64,000 bases of DNA from Candidatus Latescibacterota bacterium (GTDB lineage: Bacteria; Latescibacterota; UBA2968; UBA8231). A program made the position numbers and the translations under genes. Location of the stretch: the NCBI GenBank assembly GCA_965203175.1, contig OZ241867.1, positions 4,576,001 to 4,640,000 of the forward strand, read 5' to 3'. Below, piece by piece: positions 1-9,686 of this stretch (position 1 is the stretch's first letter; each line of letters opens with the position of its first letter). Below the pieces are notes generated by a model. The model was not told where the DNA came from and ran no database searches. It worked only from the letters and a program-made list of their open reading frames with translations.

Positions 1-992
1 GCCGCCGTCCAGTGTTGGCCATACGGGTCATTGCCTCCAGTGTGCAGGCACATCTGGACGCCTTGCGAATCAGCGTAGTAGGCCAGTTTCATCGCCTCGG
101 TAAAGCCCCCTATCCAGTAGATATCGGCCTGGATCAAATCGACGAGCCGCTCCTGAACGGCCCTCATGCCTGGATGGCGAGTGGACCAGTGCTCGCCGTC
201 GGCCAGCGTTTGCCAAGGCACGCGCTGGCGCAGGGCGCGGTGCCCCTCCCAGTCGTGAGGCATCAGCATTTCCTCCATCCAGCGCATCCGATACGGCTTG
301 AGCGCCTCGCAGATGCGCACGGCAAAGTCGAGGTCAAAGGTCATCCAGCAATCGAGCATCAAGTCGGGATCCGGACCGATTAACTCGCGGCACTTGGCCA
401 TCAGCTCAACCGTGCCGTCGATTCCGGCTTGGCCATCAACGGGTCCGTGCGGACGGGCCAGCTTGAACTTTTTGAAGCCCAACTCCAAGTACCAATCCAC
501 ATCGTTGCCGGTGGCATAGACTTCCATCTGGGTGCGCTGCGGACCTCCAGCCAGCCGATAGACGGGCTCGTCGAGGGTTTTGCCCCACAAATCCCACAGC
601 GCCAGATCGACCCCGGCGACTGCCCGCGCCGTAAGCCCTTCGTTGCCAAAGGAGAGCGTCCCTCGCCACATGCGATCGTTGCACCGGTCAATGGCCCCCA
701 CCTCCTGCCCGACGACTAGAGGAGCTAGGCACTCGGCGATAATCGGCTGGGTCACATGGCCCGAATCCGTGCGACCCAAGCCAAAGGTGCCGTCCTCGGC
801 GATGGCCTTAACCCATATCGCCCCACCCGGCTTGGGCATGAGCCGCTCCTCGGGCGCGAATTTATCCATCGGCGTGGCCTGCCCAGGTGCCCAAAGCCAC
901 GTCTGCCCGCGCAGCGGGCGGGTGCCCTCCTCGCTCGGCGGCGGAGGCGACAATTCAAAGGTTTGGATGGCAACTATTTTCTTGGCGTACAT
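1..992 (-). CDS. Mandelate racemase/enolase-superfamily dehydratase, L-rhamnonate dehydratase (RhmD)-like; 3' end runs off the window
   Basis: Not in the ORF track because it has no stop in the window. Manual translation from ATG at 992 gives MYAKKIVAIQTF...AGVDLALWDLWGK...EVYATGNDV...KKFKL...DLMLDCWM...WMEEMLMP...GEHW...CLHTGGNDPYGQHW, with enolase-superfamily metal ligands and RhmD-like motifs. Confidence 0.8.
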   Translation of the reverse strand, partial: MYAKKIVAIQTFELSPPPPSEEGTRPLRGQTWLWAPGQATPMDKFAPEERLMPKPGGAIWVKAIAEDGTFGLGRTDSGHVTQPIIAECLAPLVVGQEVGAIDRCNDRMWRGTLSFGNEGLTARAVAGVDLALWDLWGKTLDEPVYRLAGGPQRTQMEVYATGNDVDWYLELGFKKFKLARPHGPVDGQAGIDGTVELMAKCRELIGPDPDLMLDCWMTFDLDFAVRICEALKPYRMRWMEEMLMPHDWEGHRALRQRVPWQTLADGEHWSTRHPGMRAVQERLVDLIQADIYWIGGFTEAMKLAYYADSQGVQMCLHTGGNDPYGQHWTA

Positions 993-1016
993 AATGTTAT
1001 GTATAAAAAATAACAA

Positions 1017-1139
1017 TCAAAACGAAGTAACAATCAACGCTGCTGTCTGCAATCCCTCACCGGATGTTCCTGCGCCCGAGCGAACAACCGCTGCTAAGGG
1101 CACCGCGACGACGATCCGCTCTGCATCTACGACTTTCAC
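1017..1139 (-). pseudogene. 40-aa ORF resembling the N-terminal stub of an enolase-family gene
   Basis: AGGAGG RBS, GTG start, then MKVVDAERIVVAVPLAAVVRSGAGTSGEGLQTAALIVTSF*. The first 15 residues resemble MR/MLE N-termini. Confidence 0.4.
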
Positions 1140-1180
1140 GGCTTGCCTCCTGAAGTTAGGTTGATACGTTTATTTTATTC

Positions 1181-2209
1181 TCACAGTTCGAGTTGGCATC
1201 CTCGCGCAGCCGCATTGTATGCCGCCTCGACAAAGCGCATAGCCTGCCAAGCATCATCGCCATTGGTGATAAAAGTACCCTGCCCACGGCTAGCGGCGAC
1301 AAAGTCGGCGATAAAACCCAATCCGGCCGCCCCGCCGTACCCAGGTGCCTCGCCGACCGAGAGGTCGAATTGGCGGTACTCGTCCTCGGTCCAACCTTCG
1401 GCTTGGCTCTGGACGATGAGCCGGTCGCCGCGTCCTTCCCAATCTTGCATCACCCAAGTTGCATCCCCTGCAGTTCCCCTGAAACACAAGTAGATATCGC
1501 CGTAGCGGCGTGGTAGAACATAGCCAGCGTGGAGGCTACCCAGTGCGCCGTTGTCCATGCGAAACGAAGCGGCGAGCACGTCTTCGACGTCGATACCCGT
1601 GCCGCTCAGCGTTGCCTTGTGGGCGCTGACACCCTTGTACTCTAGGCCGCTGATATAACGAATCATATCGACCGTGTGAATCGCCAGCCAGTGCAATATT
1701 CCCCCGCCCGCCTGTGCGCGGTCAAAGAGCCAGTGCTCCGGATTGCGCTGCTGGACGGTGCTGGTGACCATCCGCCCCTCGATGGAGACGATGCGGCCCA
1801 GGACGCCGGCGGCGACGAGTTCGCGCGCTTTTCCGGCAATCGGATGACAGCGGTTCAAAAAGGCCGTCGCCCACAAGACCTGCTTTGCGGCGGCGATTTC
1901 GTTGAGACGAGCGATGTCAGCAGCTGTGCGCGCGACCGGTTTCTCGGCAATGACCGGTACACCAGCCTGCAAAAACTGCGCAATGCGGTCTGGCGCTTGA
2001 TCATTGCGCGTGCACACTATGGCTAATCCCAGCTTCTCGTCCGCCAATAGCGCGTCTAGGCTACCATACACCTGATCGACATCAGTGCATTCTTCGGCCG
2101 TATAAACGACTAATCGACCCACCGCCTCGCAGTGTTGTAGTGAGGTCAACCAACCTTTGCTGTGGGGATTGTCCAGCCCAACAAGGGCAGCACATACTTT
2201 ATCCGTCAT
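1181..2209 (-). CDS. Gfo/Idh/MocA family oxidoreductase
   Basis: AEKPVA motif and GGGILHWLAIH. Start moved to MTDKVC, overlapping the upstream stop. Confidence 0.88.
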   Translation of the reverse strand: MTDKVCAALVGLDNPHSKGWLTSLQHCEAVGRLVVYTAEECTDVDQVYGSLDALLADEKLGLAIVCTRNDQAPDRIAQFLQAGVPVIAEKPVARTAADIARLNEIAAAKQVLWATAFLNRCHPIAGKARELVAAGVLGRIVSIEGRMVTSTVQQRNPEHWLFDRAQAGGGILHWLAIHTVDMIRYISGLEYKGVSAHKATLSGTGIDVEDVLAASFRMDNGALGSLHAGYVLPRRYGDIYLCFRGTAGDATWVMQDWEGRGDRLIVQSQAEGWTEDEYRQFDLSVGEAPGYGGAAGLGFIADFVAASRGQGTFITNGDDAWQAMRFVEAAYNAAARGCQLEL

Positions 2210-3185
2210 AGTAATCCAGCACCTTTCCCTCCCGCGCCGAGCGGTAGATGTTTTCCAACAGCGCCACCGTGCGGCGGCCCTCGCGGCCATCCACCCGCAG
2301 GGCGGTCCCGTTCTCTAGGGCCGAGACCACGTCCTCGACGACGTTGGCCAGCGGATTGTCCATGGCCAGCAGCTTCTCTTCCAATCCATCGCCAAAGACC
2401 CGCATCTCGCCCGACAGCACGGCGTCCAGCAACACCCCCCCTTCGCTGCCGTGTACCTCGGCGCTAAAATAGGGGCTTTCTGGGAAGGTCGTCGTGCCCA
2501 AGATCCCTCCCTTGGCCCCGCTTGCGAAATTCAAGATGGCCTGGCCAATATCCTCGGTCTCAATATCGTGGTTCATAATCGCCGTTTCGCCATAGACGGT
2601 TTTGGGTACGCCCATGAACCACAGCAGGAGATCGATCAAGTGCGACCCCTGATTGGCCAGCGATCCGCCCCCGTCCATGGCCCAAGTGCCGCGCCAGCCG
2701 CCGCTGTGTTCAAAGTACTCCTGCGAGCGAAACCACTTAAAGCGCACCTCGCCGAGAATGGGCTTGCCCAACAAGCCCTGCTTGAGGGCTTCGGCAACGC
2801 GGTAATTGTTATCGACGTAGCGGCTTTGGTAATCGACGCCGAGCAAGAGGCCCCCCGCGTCGGCTGCGGCGATCAGCTCGTCGCAGGCTTTGGTGCTGAC
2901 GTCCATGGGTTTGGTGGTGATTACGTGCTTGCCGGCTTTGAGCGCCTCAACGCCGATGGACGCGTGCAGCCCACTCGGGGTCATCACCAATACGACATCC
3001 ACATTGCTCCTCCCCAAGGCATCTTCGAGGGCCGTACACCACGCGCAGCCCATTTCCTCACCCACTTGGCGGGCCAAGTCTTCGTTGAGATCGACGACCA
3101 CGCGCAGCTCGGTTCCTTCGGTCTCGACCACTTGCCGAGCGCGATTGCGCCCCATGCCCAGTCCTACAACGGCAAATCCGATCAT
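2199..3185 (-). CDS. Gfo/Idh/MocA family oxidoreductase
   Basis: GFAVVGLGMG, TTKPM, WRGTWAMDGGGSLANQGSHLID. Confidence 0.9.
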   Translation of the reverse strand: MIGFAVVGLGMGRNRARQVVETEGTELRVVVDLNEDLARQVGEEMGCAWCTALEDALGRSNVDVVLVMTPSGLHASIGVEALKAGKHVITTKPMDVSTKACDELIAAADAGGLLLGVDYQSRYVDNNYRVAEALKQGLLGKPILGEVRFKWFRSQEYFEHSGGWRGTWAMDGGGSLANQGSHLIDLLLWFMGVPKTVYGETAIMNHDIETEDIGQAILNFASGAKGGILGTTTFPESPYFSAEVHGSEGGVLLDAVLSGEMRVFGDGLEEKLLAMDNPLANVVEDVVSALENGTALRVDGREGRRTVALLENIYRSAREGKVLDYYDG

Positions 3186-3241
3186 TTCCCTAGCTCCTCT
3201 CTAATTGGTCGGCTGAATAATAGACGGGAGCACCGTAACCG

Positions 3242-4846
3242 TCAATTTTCCACCACATGTAGTCGCTGGTTGGCAGCCAAGTCTTCGAGCACTTGCACCC
3301 CCCCGGCCGGCCAGTGAATCTCCAGTCGCTCGATGCGCTTGGCTGTTCCCAAGCCGAACAAGGGATCGCGTTGACTGGTCGAGAGGAAACCCGATCCCGC
3401 CTTTACTTCCCTGAGCTGCCGCCGACCACCGGCCCATAGATACAGTCGGGCGCCGATGCCGTCGCGATTGCTCTGCCGGCCCTCCAGCGCGACCGAGAGA
3501 TAGTTACCTCGAGGACCGTCGTTGCGCAGCAGGGCGAAGCGGCGGCCGTTGTTAACGAGGGCAATGTCCAAGTCGCCATCTTGGTCAATGTCCCCGAAGG
3601 AGGAGCCGCGCACCACGTAGAAGGCGGAGAAAGCCGGGCCGCTCTCAGCGGTCACTTCGCGGAAGACGCCCCTGCCCCCATTGCGAAAAAGCTGTGCCTG
3701 TTGTGCGTAAGTCACCAATTCGTCGTACTGTTCAATGTTGTCGTGGACGTGGCCGTTGCCCACGAACAGGTCGAGGTACCCGTCGTTGTCCGGGTCGAAA
3801 AACCCCGTGCCAAAACCAAGGTAGTTCAGGCTGAGGTCTCCGAGGCCAGCCTTGAAGCTGATCTCAGAGTAAAACGAGCCGTCGTTGCGATACAGCCCGT
3901 TGTTTTCCAACTGATAGTTGGTGACGAACAGGTCGAGGTCGCCGTCTTGGTCTATGTCGCCAGCATCGACGCCCATGCCCGCTTGGCTAGCCCCGTCTGC
4001 GCTCAGCGCGGTTCCGACCAGCAAACCGGTCTCGGCAAAAGCACCGTCGCCTTGGTTGACGTAGTGGAAATTGGGCGTCAAGTCGTTGGCCACGTACAGA
4101 TCCGGGTCGCCGTCCCCATCATAGTCACCAGCTACCGCACCTAACCCATTGCCCTCGCCCGTGATACCCGCTTGGCGGCTGACCTCGGAAAAGACGCCGT
4201 GGCCCTCATTGCGATAGAGAATATCCACAGTGGGCTCAAAGACCCTCGGGTCGCAATAGAAGCGCAGCCCCATGTCCCCTCGTCCACACCAAGGCTGCTC
4301 CCCCAAGACAAAGCGGACGTATTGCGCAGCGAAGAGGTCGAGGTCGCCGTCGAGATCGTAGTCGAATGCAACGGCGCTGGTGGTCCATCCCGCGTGGCCG
4401 AGACCGGCTACGTCCGTCGCATCGACATAGCCGTCTCCTTCGCGCCGGTAGAACTGATCCGGCCCCCACGCCGTCAGGTAGAAATCCGGGTCGCCGTCCC
4501 CATCGTAGTCGGCCGCGGTCACCCCCATGCCATAGGAGGTGCCGGGCGCACCAGCTGCGCCGTCCATCCGCACAAAGACGCTCCCGTCGTTGCGAAAGAG
4601 CTGGTTAGAGGCTGCGCCCCGCCCCCGCTCCATGTCTCCGCTGTTGACCAAGTACAAGTCCCAATCTCCGTCATCGTCGTAGTCGAGAAAGGCACTGCCA
4701 GCACCATTAGTCTCAGGCAGATTCTTCTCGGCAGAAGCCCCGTTGTCGTGGACGAAATCGATGCCTAATTCACGGGCGACCTCGACGAAGTGGCTCTGCC
4801 CGTAGCTAGCTGCCGACAACAGGAGCACGAGAAGCAGAGCACTCAC
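3242..4846 (-). CDS. CRTAC1 family secreted protein (FG-GAP repeats plus ASPIC/UnbV domain)
   Basis: Signal peptide, repeated DYDxDGDxDL motifs, C-terminal SNRDGIGAR...LFGLG...IHWPAG. Confidence 0.9.
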   Translation of the reverse strand: MSALLLVLLLSAASYGQSHFVEVARELGIDFVHDNGASAEKNLPETNGAGSAFLDYDDDGDWDLYLVNSGDMERGRGAASNQLFRNDGSVFVRMDGAAGAPGTSYGMGVTAADYDGDGDPDFYLTAWGPDQFYRREGDGYVDATDVAGLGHAGWTTSAVAFDYDLDGDLDLFAAQYVRFVLGEQPWCGRGDMGLRFYCDPRVFEPTVDILYRNEGHGVFSEVSRQAGITGEGNGLGAVAGDYDGDGDPDLYVANDLTPNFHYVNQGDGAFAETGLLVGTALSADGASQAGMGVDAGDIDQDGDLDLFVTNYQLENNGLYRNDGSFYSEISFKAGLGDLSLNYLGFGTGFFDPDNDGYLDLFVGNGHVHDNIEQYDELVTYAQQAQLFRNGGRGVFREVTAESGPAFSAFYVVRGSSFGDIDQDGDLDIALVNNGRRFALLRNDGPRGNYLSVALEGRQSNRDGIGARLYLWAGGRRQLREVKAGSGFLSTSQRDPLFGLGTAKRIERLEIHWPAGGVQVLEDLAANQRLHVVEN

Positions 4847-4848
4847 TG

Positions 4849-5709
4849 CTATCCTCTGAGCAGCGGCTCAATATGGTCCTTGGCCCGCAACAAACCTTCC
4901 TGTTGCAACTCGGGCGTCTGCCAGAAGTAGTGGTCTTCGAGTTCCACCGAGAGCACGCCGTCGTACCCTGTGTCTTCGAGCCGGCGTATTACAAAGTTCC
5001 AATCCACTTCGCCTTCCCCGGGGATGGTATAGCGCCACCAGCCTTCGCCGCATACGTAGGTCGGACTGTATGCTTCGCCCAAATTGCCAGATTCGTAGAG
5101 CTTTTCCGGCATGATCTCGGTATCCTTGAGATGGACGTGCCGCACGCGGTCGCCAAACTCGTGCAAGAGCCGCTGATAGTCTATCTGCAAGCGCACAAAG
5201 TGGGAGGGATCGTAGCAGATGCCCAACCGTGGCGACGGGCACGCTGCAAAAATCAAGCGCAAGCTCTCGGGCGAGCAGCCCAGATTGGGGTAGTAGGGTC
5301 GGCCGCCCGGCCAAGGTTCGATGGCGATATTGACGCCTACCTTCTCGGCATGGGCCACGACCCGAGGGTAGACTTTGGCAAAGATCTCAAAGGTCTCAGC
5401 CTTGGACATGCTCGGATCGTCTGGGCCGAGCACGGTAAAGAGCGTGTGGCCGCCATGCCGAGCAATCGCGCTCAAACTCTTCTTGATCTCGCTCAATCCC
5501 TTGCGGCGCTTAGCTGCGTCGCGGGTGAGGACTTGGCCGCCGCCGTCCGAGGTGCCGAGAGCCAAGCCTAGTCGCTCGCAGGTGCGGGCAATCTGCCGGG
5601 TCAAAAGCGGGGTATCGACCGCGCCGAAACCGTTCTCGGCCAACCACGCGGCATAAGCGTCAAAACCGATTTGATGGGAAAACGGAGGCATGCGGGTGCC
5701 AATTCTCAT
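4849..5709 (-). CDS. Sugar phosphate isomerase/epimerase (AP endonuclease 2 TIM barrel)
   Basis: IAIEPW, YDPSH, HVHLKD, PGEGEVDW, SVELED. Confidence 0.88.
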   Translation of the reverse strand: MRIGTRMPPFSHQIGFDAYAAWLAENGFGAVDTPLLTRQIARTCERLGLALGTSDGGGQVLTRDAAKRRKGLSEIKKSLSAIARHGGHTLFTVLGPDDPSMSKAETFEIFAKVYPRVVAHAEKVGVNIAIEPWPGGRPYYPNLGCSPESLRLIFAACPSPRLGICYDPSHFVRLQIDYQRLLHEFGDRVRHVHLKDTEIMPEKLYESGNLGEAYSPTYVCGEGWWRYTIPGEGEVDWNFVIRRLEDTGYDGVLSVELEDHYFWQTPELQQEGLLRAKDHIEPLLRG

Positions 5710-5735
5710 GATATGTTCCCTTCTATTGGGTTGGA

Positions 5736-6848
5736 TTAAATGGGTATGCGGCGCTGCTTATCTGGATTGACCCACTGGGTTACTACCAGCGAGACCAGCG
5801 CCAAAAGCGCGCCGCTGATAAAAATGATCTCGTAGCCAAAAAAGAGCCAGACGTAGCCGCCGACTAAGGGTGCGGCCACCGCGGCTACGTGGTTCATGGT
5901 CACCCCCATGGAAAGCGTGGGTTTGAGTTCGTCTGGGGGCGCAATCTTGTGCGCGTAGGTAGTCAGCGCGATTCCACCGAAGAAGATGAGGTTGTCGAGG
6001 CAATAGAGCGCGTACAGGCTCGGCCGGTGTTCCACGATCGCATAACCCAAAAAGACGAAGACCAACACGCTATAACTTAGCGTGAGCATCCGCCGCTCGC
6101 CAAAGCGATCTACCAAGCGGCCCATCCACGCAGCCGTCAAGGTGATGAGCACTTGGTTGATCAGCACCAAGACCATGGTCGTCTCCACCGGCATCCCGTG
6201 TACTTTCACGAGGGCGAAAATGGCGAAGGTAATGAACATCTGCTTGCGCATGCCTTGGAGGAAATTCAGGGCGTAGAAGAGCAGATAGCGCCGCTTGAGC
6301 ACCAAGCGCTTTTCGCCTGCGGGCGCGTCCTTGTTATCGGCCCAAAACAGGGCCAAGCCGCCCATGGCCGTACACACTCCAGCTAAAATAAAGACCCCCT
6401 CGTAGCGCAAAAACTCCAGCCCCACCATGCACACGCCAATCGCCGCTAGCCAAGCCAAGCTGCTGATGCTGCGCAATTGTCCCAGCCAGCGGCCCTTGTC
6501 CGCAGTTGGGCCGTAAGTCAGACCCATGCTCTGCTCTAGCGGAAGCCAGCAGTGAAAACCCAAGCTCCACACCAGCGAGAACGAGGCCAACATGAAGACC
6601 GATGACACCTCTGAGTACGCGGCAAGCCCGATGCCCATCACCACCAGTGCAACCGCAGCAACTTTCGGCGGGGCCCAGCGGACGATCAGCGCCAGAAAGA
6701 ACGCGTTGAGAAAACCAGGGACTTCTCTCAGGGCCTCGACGTAGCCCAGTTCGTGCGGCTCGATGCCCAGCCGTTCGACGATAAAGTTGTTAAACAGGGT
6801 CAACTGCACCCCGAAAAACACCCCCGTCCCGGCCACAGCCACGGCCAA
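5736..6848 (-). CDS. MFS transporter (true start possibly ATC at 6890)
   Basis: Multiple TM helices, GRLVDRFGERR MFS motif A. Confidence 0.88.
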   Translation of the reverse strand: MAVAVAGTGVFFGVQLTLFNNFIVERLGIEPHELGYVEALREVPGFLNAFFLALIVRWAPPKVAAVALVVMGIGLAAYSEVSSVFMLASFSLVWSLGFHCWLPLEQSMGLTYGPTADKGRWLGQLRSISSLAWLAAIGVCMVGLEFLRYEGVFILAGVCTAMGGLALFWADNKDAPAGEKRLVLKRRYLLFYALNFLQGMRKQMFITFAIFALVKVHGMPVETTMVLVLINQVLITLTAAWMGRLVDRFGERRMLTLSYSVLVFVFLGYAIVEHRPSLYALYCLDNLIFFGGIALTTYAHKIAPPDELKPTLSMGVTMNHVAAVAAPLVGGYVWLFFGYEIIFISGALLALVSLVVTQWVNPDKQRRIPI

Positions 6849-6964
6849 AAGTGCGAAGTTTTTATTCCACTCTGCGAAAGGATTGGCGATGACAGCCCCC
6901 CTTATTGATGTTGTAGTGAATTCAAGTGTGCTTTTCCCTCGCGGTCAACCGAGCCCTCTATTAC

Positions 6965-6993
6965 TTGACGCACAGATAGACAGCCTTTAAGCT
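6965..6993 (+). promoter_or_regulatory. sigma70-type promoter for the creatininase gene
   Basis: TTGACG-17 nt-TAAGCT upstream of the AAGGAG RBS. Confidence 0.5.
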
Positions 6994-7027
6994 ACCGGCC
7001 CCAACTAACGCAAAGGAGATTGTTACG

Positions 7028-7771
7028 ATGGCTGACGAACGAGTCTTTGTTGGCGACCTGACTCGCAGGGAATTCCGCGAGCGCATCCAAGCGGGTACAA
7101 TTAAGGCCGCCATAGTGCCCACCGCCGCAACCGAACAGCACAACGAACACCTGCATATGATCCACGACACCTTCCACGCCAGCTATATGGCCGAACACGC
7201 GGCCAAAAAGCTCCTGCCCCAAGTGGTAGTAGCCACGCCGGTGGGCATCGGCGTTTCCGAGCACTGGATGGAACACCTCGGCACCCTAACCGTACGGCCG
7301 GAAATTTTCTGCGAATATGTCTTTGACGTTTGCCATTCGCTCGTGCGGGCCGGCGTTGAGAACATATTGGTGCTCAACGGCCACGGCGGCAACGTCAAAC
7401 CCATGATGCGCCGCATTGACGAATACCGGGAAAAACTCGGCGTCAACCTCCGCTTCCAGTCCTATTGGGACGTATATGACCCCGACTACGTGCAGCAACA
7501 CATGGAGCGAGGACGCCTGCCTGGACACGCCGACGAATTCGAGACGTCAACTATGCTCTACCTAGCGCCGGAGCGCGTCCAGACCGAGGCCATCGACAAC
7601 CCGGCCGCCGCCTTGGGCACGCGCGCCAAGGGCGAGGCTTTAGTCGGACCAGCCGTGGACGGGGTCGCCGCGCTGTTGGAGCAAATGATCGCCGGCGAGG
7701 AAATCGATCTGCCGCCGGTGACCTTCTATCCAGAGGGCAAGCGCAACCTCGTCACCGGCGAGCCGGTTTGA
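7028..7771 (+). CDS. Creatininase family amidohydrolase
   Basis: TEQHNEHL, GVSEHW..GT, LNGHGGN, GHADEFETS. Confidence 0.9.
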   Translation: MADERVFVGDLTRREFRERIQAGTIKAAIVPTAATEQHNEHLHMIHDTFHASYMAEHAAKKLLPQVVVATPVGIGVSEHWMEHLGTLTVRPEIFCEYVFDVCHSLVRAGVENILVLNGHGGNVKPMMRRIDEYREKLGVNLRFQSYWDVYDPDYVQQHMERGRLPGHADEFETSTMLYLAPERVQTEAIDNPAAALGTRAKGEALVGPAVDGVAALLEQMIAGEEIDLPPVTFYPEGKRNLVTGEPV

Positions 7772-8801
7772 ACACAACTCCCAGCGCCTCGGCTGGCGAC
7801 TCGACGAGCACATCTACGGCCGCGGCGACCTCTTCGAGGGCAAATTCGTGCGTATAGAGCGGTTGGACGTACAGCTTCCCGGCAGCCATGGCGCGCAGGC
7901 ACTCGGCTAGGTTGCGCTGAGTCGGCCACTCGACGAAGACCTGGGGATATGCTTGGCCGCGCTCGTACGCTGAGTCGTGATAGCCGGGACCGGTGCGCGC
8001 CGCACTCCGCACATCCACGTTGCCCAGTGCGGATCCAAAGCCGTGCGCTACCTGTGCTCCTCCCACGAGGACAATGCGCCCCATGCGATGCGTATCCGGC
8101 GCTTGCTTTAGGCTCTGATAAATGGCAGCAAAGGCATTAGTGGCCTCGCCACCAAAGGCAACGACGCCGAAATCCATGCCATATCCTCGGGTAAACTCCC
8201 CGGCCTGCTCGACCACATCCTGCACGGTCGGATCGACGACGCACTCTATGCCTACCTGCTGGGCGATATCCCGACGCCGAGCAAAGCGATCGACCCCCAA
8301 GACGTGGCAGCCGCTTAGCTGGGCAAATTGGGCCGTGAATTGGCCGACCAAACCCAACCCGACGACGACCCCGTTTTCTCCGTATAAAGGAGCTGTGCGG
8401 CGCACTGCGTGTAATCCGGTCGCTGCCAGATGCACAGACGCGGCCTCGACAAAGCTAACGCCCTCGGGTATGGTCGCGCACAAATTCTGCGGCACACAGG
8501 CCCAATCAGAGTGAAGGGCGTACCCTCCTCCCATGCAGGCCACCCTCTGCCCTACCTCGAATTGCTCTACTCCATTTCCGACCTCCTCAACGACGCCGGC
8601 GTTGCTGTAGCCAAAAGGACGCGGTGGCCTGTCGGGTTGAGGATTTTCCCGCATGGCCCTCACTCGCCCTAGTTCGCTCCCAGGGCTAATCAACGAAGCC
8701 TCCACCTGCACCTTTACCTCTCCGGGGCCAAGTGCGGGCATGGTTTCCTCTAGGCATACCCCCTGACCGCGGCCATCAATAGCGGCGACTTTCCGCTGCA
8801 T
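7752..8801 (-). CDS. Zinc-binding (MDR) dehydrogenase, YcjQ/BchC-like
   Basis: SLISPGSEL, GYSNAGVV, VVGLGLVG. AGGAGG RBS precedes ATG at 8801. Confidence 0.85.
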   Translation of the reverse strand: MQRKVAAIDGRGQGVCLEETMPALGPGEVKVQVEASLISPGSELGRVRAMRENPQPDRPPRPFGYSNAGVVEEVGNGVEQFEVGQRVACMGGGYALHSDWACVPQNLCATIPEGVSFVEAASVHLAATGLHAVRRTAPLYGENGVVVGLGLVGQFTAQFAQLSGCHVLGVDRFARRRDIAQQVGIECVVDPTVQDVVEQAGEFTRGYGMDFGVVAFGGEATNAFAAIYQSLKQAPDTHRMGRIVLVGGAQVAHGFGSALGNVDVRSAARTGPGYHDSAYERGQAYPQVFVEWPTQRNLAECLRAMAAGKLYVQPLYTHEFALEEVAAAVDVLVESPAEALGVVFKPARR

Positions 8802-8905
8802 AAGCACCTCCTTCTCGTGCTAGTTGCACATCTACGGGCTGCTATTACTTATATATTTACTTATATTTAATTATTCTTTTTGTCTATTGCCCTATTCGAG
8901 GCCCT

Positions 8906-9676
8906 GTGAACGTCATCATCGCGGCAATTTTAGTAGGCGTCCTCTTGGTTTGGGGCGGGTTTTGGGGCCTGCTCCGCATCGCGGACCCCTTCGAGCGCAA
9001 ACACGTGTTAATCCTCGCCGTGTACACTATCGTCGTCGTCGGCAGTGTTATGGGCTTGGTACTCTTTATAAATCACGAGCAGCAAAAGAAGCACCGCGCT
9101 CAGCTAGAGGCGCAAATGGACAAGTTCGACAATCGCCTCTCCGAGCTGAGTACCCGGCTCATTGGCCAGTTAGAGGAAAAAGCCAATCTGACTGCCTCTG
9201 AATTCGAGATCCGCTCCCTCCTGCAAAACGAAAAGGATCACCATAAGCGCACCCGTAACCAACTAGCGGCCCAAATCGATCGCACCAACGCGCTGGAAAA
9301 CAAAATGGAAACCGAGCGCAAAGAGCGGCTGCGCTACCAATCCGATACCGACCTCAAGCTCGAAGAACGCTTTCGGCAGGAAGATCGACGTTACCAAAAA
9401 CTCGTCGATACCCACAAGCGCTCCTTGGCGAGCGTGCAGGCCGAACTCGCCCCCCTCAACAGCGCGTTGACCCGCCTGCAAGAGCAAACCGCGACCTTAC
9501 AGCGCAATCAGCAAGCGATCATAGACAAAATTGCCGCCGCCCGCGAGACTCAAACGCTCTCGGCCCAAACGCTCGACGCGCTTGCCCGCAGCCTGAGCGC
9601 CCTGTCCAATGACTTCCACCAAACCATGACACAAGTTGACAGCCTGTATAATAGAACATCCCTAACGCCGCCTTAA
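8906..9676 (+). CDS. Hypothetical protein: two N-terminal TM helices plus a long coiled coil
   Basis: Two hydrophobic segments, then about 200 aa of Q/E/L/K heptad-rich sequence. Confidence 0.75.
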   Translation: MNVIIAAILVGVLLVWGGFWGLLRIADPFERKHVLILAVYTIVVVGSVMGLVLFINHEQQKKHRAQLEAQMDKFDNRLSELSTRLIGQLEEKANLTASEFEIRSLLQNEKDHHKRTRNQLAAQIDRTNALENKMETERKERLRYQSDTDLKLEERFRQEDRRYQKLVDTHKRSLASVQAELAPLNSALTRLQEQTATLQRNQQAIIDKIAAARETQTLSAQTLDALARSLSALSNDFHQTMTQVDSLYNRTSLTPP

Positions 9677-9686
9677 GGAGCCGACA

